A stretch of DNA of 64,000 nt from an uncultured Chloroflexia bacterium (GTDB lineage Bacteria > Chloroflexota > Limnocylindria > Limnocylindrales > CSP1-4): contig CAWBQM010000001.1 in the NCBI GenBank assembly GCA_963790955.1, positions 342,464 to 406,463 of the forward strand. The letters are read 5' to 3'. Shown here in pieces: positions 60,082 to 64,000 of this stretch. Position numbers and translations under genes: made by a program. Below the pieces are notes generated by a model. The model made no database searches and was not told where the DNA came from. It saw only the letters and a program-made list of their open reading frames with translations. Positions within the stretch are counted from its first letter, which is position 1, and every line of letters begins with the position of its first letter.

Positions 60082-61119
60082 ATGATGAGGACTCATCGCA
60101 CTCCGCGCTTCCGGCTCGCCGGCTGGATCGCGGTCGGAGCCATGTTGGCGCTCGCTGTCTTTGGCCCGGCCGGGGTCGAGGCCGCCGGGGGCTACACGCC
60201 CGGCGGCAACGGCCATCCCACCAACGGACCGTATTCGGATCTGAAGGGCGGTTCGGGCACGTTCACGTTCGAGCAGAACGGTCAGCTCTTCTGCACGGCG
60301 AATGACACTGCCACCAGCTTCTCGTTCAAGCTCGACTACTCGAACGCGTCGCTGCCCGCGGGCGCCTCGATCGTCGTCTACCTTTCGCCGAACCAGGGCG
60401 CCATCAACGCCAACGCCGGTGGGGACGATGCGAGCTACATCGCCGCCGTCGAATCCAACTACGGTGTCATCACCTTCGCCAGCGGCCTCAGTGGATCCGG
60501 CACGCTCGACGTGCAGGTCAACGTCACGACGGCCTTCCAGGCCACCGGCGGCGGGATCCTTGGCGTGGTTGCCACGGAGAGCGATGGCACCTCCGTCACG
60601 ACGTCGAAGACGAACTCGCTGAACTGCACGGAAGCCAATCCGACGCCCACGCCATCCACGGCCACTCCGACCCCGTCGGTCGCCACCCCGACCCCGTCGG
60701 TCGCGACGCCGACGCCATCAGTCGCCACCCCGACCCCGTCGGTCGCGACGCCGACGCCATCAGTCGCCACCCCGACCCCGTCGGTCGCGACGCCCACGCC
60801 GTCCACGGCAACGCCCACCCCGTCGGTCGCCAGCCCGACCCCGACCGGTTCGGTCGAGGCGTCCACGTCGACCGCGCCGAGCACCAGCCCGACGGGTTCC
60901 GTCGAGGCCACAAGCTCCGCCGCGCCGAGCACCAGCCCGACCGGTGGGGTCGAGGGTGTCACGGGAACGCCGCGAACGACCCTTCCGCCCACCGACACAC
61001 TCGGCGGCGCAGGCTCGACGCCGACGTCGGGCGGCTGGCGCCTCCTGCTCATCGGCCTGGCCGGCCTGCTCGCGAGCATCCTGGTCCTGGTCCCGAGCCC
61101 GAAGCGGATCCGCCGTTAG
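60082..61119 (+). CDS. Pro/Thr-repeat cell-surface protein carrying the same C-terminal sorting module
   Basis: AAGGAG lies 13 nt upstream of the ATG. It has a signal peptide (FRLAGWIAVGAMLALAVFGPAGVEA), a ~190-aa domain, (A/S)TPTPS(V/T) x ~9, two SPTGSVEA..S.APSTSPTG units, then TLPPTDTLGGAGSTPTSGGWRLLLIGLAGLLASILVLVPSPKRIRR*. Confidence 0.8.
   Translation: MMRTHRTPRFRLAGWIAVGAMLALAVFGPAGVEAAGGYTPGGNGHPTNGPYSDLKGGSGTFTFEQNGQLFCTANDTATSFSFKLDYSNASLPAGASIVVYLSPNQGAINANAGGDDASYIAAVESNYGVITFASGLSGSGTLDVQVNVTTAFQATGGGILGVVATESDGTSVTTSKTNSLNCTEANPTPTPSTATPTPSVATPTPSVATPTPSVATPTPSVATPTPSVATPTPSVATPTPSTATPTPSVASPTPTGSVEASTSTAPSTSPTGSVEATSSAAPSTSPTGGVEGVTGTPRTTLPPTDTLGGAGSTPTSGGWRLLLIGLAGLLASILVLVPSPKRIRR
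60640..60849 (+). repeat. 21-bp (7-aa PTPTPS[V/T]A-type) tandem array with two perfect 42-bp higher-order copies
   Basis: The units are phased from 60640. gccaccccgaccccgtcggtc+gcgacgccgacgccatcagtc occurs identically at 60682-60723 and 60724-60765. Confidence 0.9.
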
Positions 61120-61198
61120 AGCCTCAGGGTTCGCTGTCCCCGAGCGCCGGAGACCGGGTGCGACCTTCGCACCCGGTCTCTTCATGTCCGGGACCGGA

Positions 61199-61942
61199 TC
61201 ACACGACGAGACGATCGCCCGGGCTGACAAATCGGACCTCGCCACCGTAGCGAGCCCTGACGCCGGCAAGCGTTGCGGCGCGGTCGAAGCCCATTTGCAG
61301 ATGCGTGAGGAGAACGAGGGCCGGGCGGGTTGCCAGGGCAAGCTCCCCGACCGAGGCCGCGTCCAGGTGCAGCGCTCCGACCGGGACCGGTCCGTCACCG
61401 AATGAAACCTCGGTCAACAGGACGTCTCCGGGCCGAACGAGCGGCACGAGATCTCGCCATTCGCCGCAGTCGCCCGAGTAGACCAGCCCGGGCCGCCCCG
61501 GATCGCCGACCCGCACGGCGTGGCTGTTCTGCGTATGGGTAACACGTCGAGCCTCGACACGGAAGCCCGCACACTCGAAGGCTCCGACCGTCAGATCCGT
61601 GAGTGCGAGCACATCTCGGCAAAAGCCCAGCTCGCCGTTGAGGGCGTCCAGGCGCTCGGCAAGACCGGCCGGGGCCACCACTGGGACGCGCCGTGGCGGA
61701 TCGAACTCATAGCGCAGGTAGTGGCGCAAGGGGACGAGATCGATGAAGTGGTCAGGATGGAGGTGGCTGACGATGACGGCGCCCAGCGCGCTGGGTTCCA
61801 GCGCGGCCGCCAGCGACGGAAACACCCCCTGGCCCAGATCGAGCAGCAGGCTCCTGCCGTCGTCGGTCAGGAGGTAGCCCGCGCCCAGCGCTCCGACCCG
61901 ATCGCTGTACGCCGGACCGGCACCGAGCACGTGCAAATCCAC
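61199..61942 (-). CDS. MBL-fold metallo-hydrolase
   Basis: 247 aa. LLLDLGQG, VIVSHLHPDHFIDL (HxHxDH), VYSGD and LLTH. Confidence 0.8.
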   Translation of the reverse strand: MDLHVLGAGPAYSDRVGALGAGYLLTDDGRSLLLDLGQGVFPSLAAALEPSALGAVIVSHLHPDHFIDLVPLRHYLRYEFDPPRRVPVVAPAGLAERLDALNGELGFCRDVLALTDLTVGAFECAGFRVEARRVTHTQNSHAVRVGDPGRPGLVYSGDCGEWRDLVPLVRPGDVLLTEVSFGDGPVPVGALHLDAASVGELALATRPALVLLTHLQMGFDRAATLAGVRARYGGEVRFVSPGDRLVV

Positions 61943-61976
61943 GGGCGCAGCCTAGCAGGCGCGGATCGATGACCGG

Positions 61977-62957
61977 TCAGGGCTTGGGAATCTTGTCCGG
62001 CTTCGAGGAGGCCGCGGCGTCGGGTGACGGAACGGTCGACGGCGACGCGCTCGGGCCACCTGGCGGCGATTGGCTGGGCTTGCCAGGGGGCGACTGGCTG
62101 GGCTTGCCGGGCGGCGACTGGCTGGGCCCGTGGCTGGCGGTCGGCGTTGCCGTGCTGCCCGAGGGCGCGCTCGAGTGCGTCGCGTGGGATCCTGCCGGAG
62201 CGCCGGACGACGCGGGACTCTCGTTCCCGTTTCCGCCATTTCCTCCGGTGCCGGCTGGGTTCCCGCCGGGGCCCTGGCCGTCGTTGATGCGATCGACCGC
62301 CGAGCTGCTGCGATCGATCGCGCGCGTGATGGCGTCGGTCGCCTGTGACGGAACGGTCGCGAGCAGGCCGCGCAGAACCATGAGATGGCGTTGGAGGACG
62401 GTCTCGAGCTCGGCAAGCCGTCCCGGATCGTCGCCTGCCGCGGCGAAGGCGTCGTCCAGGACGTCGGAATACGCCGCGAGGGCGGCCGCCAGGGCGCCGC
62501 TGTCGTGGGCGGCGGCCGCGGCGTCGACCTCCGCGAGCCGCTCGGTGAGGCGTTGGACGTCCGTGTCGGTTCGGGCAGCCGGGTCGGACGGCAGGGTCAC
62601 GGTCTCCAGCCACAGGCGGGGGCCGTACAGCGGTCCGTTTGGCTGCGCCGCTGCCGCCACACCGCCGATCGCCAGGACGGCCAGGGATGCGGCGGCGAGG
62701 CCCAGCCCCAGACGTCGCCACGCTCGACTGCTCGTCCCGGCGCGCGGCGCCGCCGTCACACGACGCGTCGGAGGAAGGCCGAGGTCCTCGGCGGCCGTTG
62801 CGGGGCCAGCCGTCGTGGACGCGATCCGCTCGAGCAGGTCCGCCCGGATGGCGGCCATCGCGTCCGGATCCGGGGCGAGCGCATCCGTCGCGTACGTCCG
62901 CAGGCGTCGCGTCAGTTCGTCGTCTCGGAATCGAGTGCTCATGTCGTCGTCATTCAT
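61977..62957 (-). CDS. Membrane-anchored anti-sigma-factor candidate (DUF5667-like extracytoplasmic domain)
   Basis: It overlaps the sigma-factor gene stop. It has one TM (LGLGLAAASLAVLAIGGVAAA), a helical domain (LWLETVTLPSDPAARTDTDVQRLTERL...), and a Gly/Ser/Pro tail with PSQSPPGK repeats. The family name is from memory. Confidence 0.6.
   Translation of the reverse strand: MNDDDMSTRFRDDELTRRLRTYATDALAPDPDAMAAIRADLLERIASTTAGPATAAEDLGLPPTRRVTAAPRAGTSSRAWRRLGLGLAAASLAVLAIGGVAAAAQPNGPLYGPRLWLETVTLPSDPAARTDTDVQRLTERLAEVDAAAAAHDSGALAAALAAYSDVLDDAFAAAGDDPGRLAELETVLQRHLMVLRGLLATVPSQATDAITRAIDRSSSAVDRINDGQGPGGNPAGTGGNGGNGNESPASSGAPAGSHATHSSAPSGSTATPTASHGPSQSPPGKPSQSPPGKPSQSPPGGPSASPSTVPSPDAAASSKPDKIPKP
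62065..62136. repeat. 24-bp tandem repeat x3 (encodes PSQSPPGK on the minus strand)
   Basis: ggcgattggctgggcttgccaggg / ggcgactggctgggcttgccgggc / ggcgactggctgggcccgtggctg. Confidence 0.9.
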
Positions 62958-63550
62958 CTGCCGCGTGTCCCGCCGGCTCCGACCCCGACCGCGTTGGTGC
63001 TCGAGTCATCGATCCCGAGCCGGCGGCGGAGTGCCGCGATGGCCCGGAATTGCAGGCCGCGTACCGTGCCTTCCTGCTTGCCCATCGCCGCCGCCGCCTC
63101 CCGGGCCGAGAGCCCGGCGAAGAAGCGCAGCGCGATGGCGTCTCGCTGCTCGTCCGTCAGCGCGGCCAGGGCCTGCGCGACGGCTTCCATGTCCTGTCGT
63201 GCCAGCGCCACGTCCTCGGGCGCCTCGTCGCTGCCGCTGACGTCCTCGGCCGCCGACAGCTCGGCGTGCTCGTGGCGCGTGCGCGTGAAGTCAATGACGG
63301 TGTTCCTGGCCAGCCGGAAGAGCCAGCCCCCGAACGGGATACCCCGCGACTCGTAGCGCGGCAGGGCCTCCAGGGCCTTGACGAAGACAATCTGCGTCAG
63401 GTCCTCCGCGTCCGCCGGGCGATGAACGCGGCTGGCGATGAAGCGATACACGGGCTCGTGGAAGTGATCGAAGATCCGGCCGAAGGCCTGCGCATCGCCG
63501 TGCCTGGCCGCCTCCACGAGCGCCGTCAGCGCCGCGTCGTCGAGGGACAT
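62954..63550 (-). CDS. ECF (group IV) sigma-70 factor
   Basis: Region 2 is FDHFHEPVYRFIASRV....AEDLTQIVFVKALEAL. Region 4 is LTDEQRDAIALRFFAGLSAREAAAAMGKQEGTVRGLQFRAI. Confidence 0.9.
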   Translation of the reverse strand: MSLDDAALTALVEAARHGDAQAFGRIFDHFHEPVYRFIASRVHRPADAEDLTQIVFVKALEALPRYESRGIPFGGWLFRLARNTVIDFTRTRHEHAELSAAEDVSGSDEAPEDVALARQDMEAVAQALAALTDEQRDAIALRFFAGLSAREAAAAMGKQEGTVRGLQFRAIAALRRRLGIDDSSTNAVGVGAGGTRGR

Positions 63551-63571
63551 AACGAATGAGACTGGTTGCTG

Positions 63572-64000
63572 TTAGGCGTGCCCTGACTCCGACCGCGTCG
63601 CCGGTGCGAGGGGGCGGTCGGACGCCGCACGGTGATATCGATCCGGCACTGCAACGAACGCGCGCTCCTGATTGCGCCGGATAAAGACGTGCTCGAACCC
63701 GACGTCTGCCGCGACACGATAGCCCCGACCCAGGCCGTATGCGAAGTGTGCCGTTCGATGGGCGTCCGAGCCGATGGTCAGGGTCCTGCCGCCGAGCTCG
63801 CGGTAGCGAGCGACCGCCCACGGCGCGGGATACGTCTCGGCCACCGGATGGCGCAGCCCGCTCGTGTTGATCTCGAGGCCGGTCCCGCTCTCGACGAGCG
63901 CGACCAGCGCCGGCTCGAGGAGCTCCGGGGCGCGGGCCAGCTCGGCGGGTGTGACGTGGGGGTGGAGGTAGCGCTTGACCACGTCGAGGTGGCCGATCGT
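63572..64000 (-). CDS. PHP-domain histidinol-phosphatase-like protein (HisJ family), C-terminal part; 5' end outside the window
   Basis: In frame to the window edge (TIGHLDVVKRYL...). GLEINTSGLR and LTIGSDAH are PHP/HisJ C-terminal motifs. Confidence 0.75.
   Translation of the reverse strand, partial: TIGHLDVVKRYLHPHVTPAELARAPELLEPALVALVESGTGLEINTSGLRHPVAETYPAPWAVARYRELGGRTLTIGSDAHRTAHFAYGLGRGYRVAADVGFEHVFIRRNQERAFVAVPDRYHRAASDRPLAPATRSESGHA

Overview
About 64 kb of high-GC chromosomal DNA; hand-counted 100-nt samples give about 70 % GC. The source looks like a monoderm-type, Actinobacteria/Chloroflexi-like bacterium: Cheo-type LexA boxes (CGAAC-N4-GTTCG), several lipobox lipoproteins, and GT87/PIG-V-type envelope glycosyltransferases. 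I found no rRNA, tRNA or CRISPR array.

Layout:
- 0-11.5 kb: envelope-glycosylation locus. It holds GT1, GT2, a truncated sugar-nucleotide epimerase, four GT87/DUF2029 paralogues (one intact), an IS630-family element, and a fused membrane/spermidine-synthase-like protein.
- 11.5-15.7 kb: vapBC, LmbE-type deacetylase, lipoprotein, pcm, acidic/Ser-Pro membrane protein.
- 16-19.5 kb: MFS, DUF5317-like and HD-GYP genes.
- 19.8-23.5 kb: a STAND NTPase whose low-GC C-terminal half ends in a SARP wHTH-BTAD module.
- 23.5-32.7 kb: dodecin, zinc-ribbon protein, lipoprotein, dnaB, lexA with its SOS box, DUF1232, rplI, two GT-C-like membrane proteins.
- 32.9-38.1 kb: dinB, an 86-aa ORF behind a promoter with two LexA boxes, then cyclodeaminase-folD-fhs.
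- 38.6-49.4 kb: histidine phosphatase, DedA, hutH, GNAT, lipoprotein, hutU, MFS, glutamate formimidoyltransferase, hutI.
- 49.5-54.7 kb: gnd-like gene, MBL hydrolase, HExxH lipoprotein, argS.
- 55-61 kb: a ~1,550-aa modular surface protein and a Pro/Thr-repeat surface protein.
- 61-64 kb: MBL hydrolase, anti-sigma/ECF sigma pair, PHP phosphatase (partial).

Main caveat: by manual stitching I count roughly 75-80 reading-frame breaks. They are strongly clustered (fhs, hutU, folD, HD-GYP, the STAND tail), while long stretches such as dnaB-lexA-rplI, hutI-argS and most of the adhesin are clean. This looks more like localised indel error than gene decay, but I cannot decide that without reads. Interrupted genes are listed as type pseudogene purely in the sense of 'frame interrupted in this sequence'.

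Best leads:
1. The two surface proteins share a C-terminal module (TLPPTDTL, Gly/Ser spacer, TM helix, basic tail) that matches no sorting signal I know.
2. The dual-LexA-box promoter in front of an uncharacterised small ORF just downstream of dinB.
3. The compositionally foreign tail of the STAND/SARP gene.
4. Several structured intergenic tandem-repeat arrays (15.8 kb, 38.2-38.5 kb).

All family assignments come from motif recognition and memory, not from searches. Break positions and some start codons are approximate.
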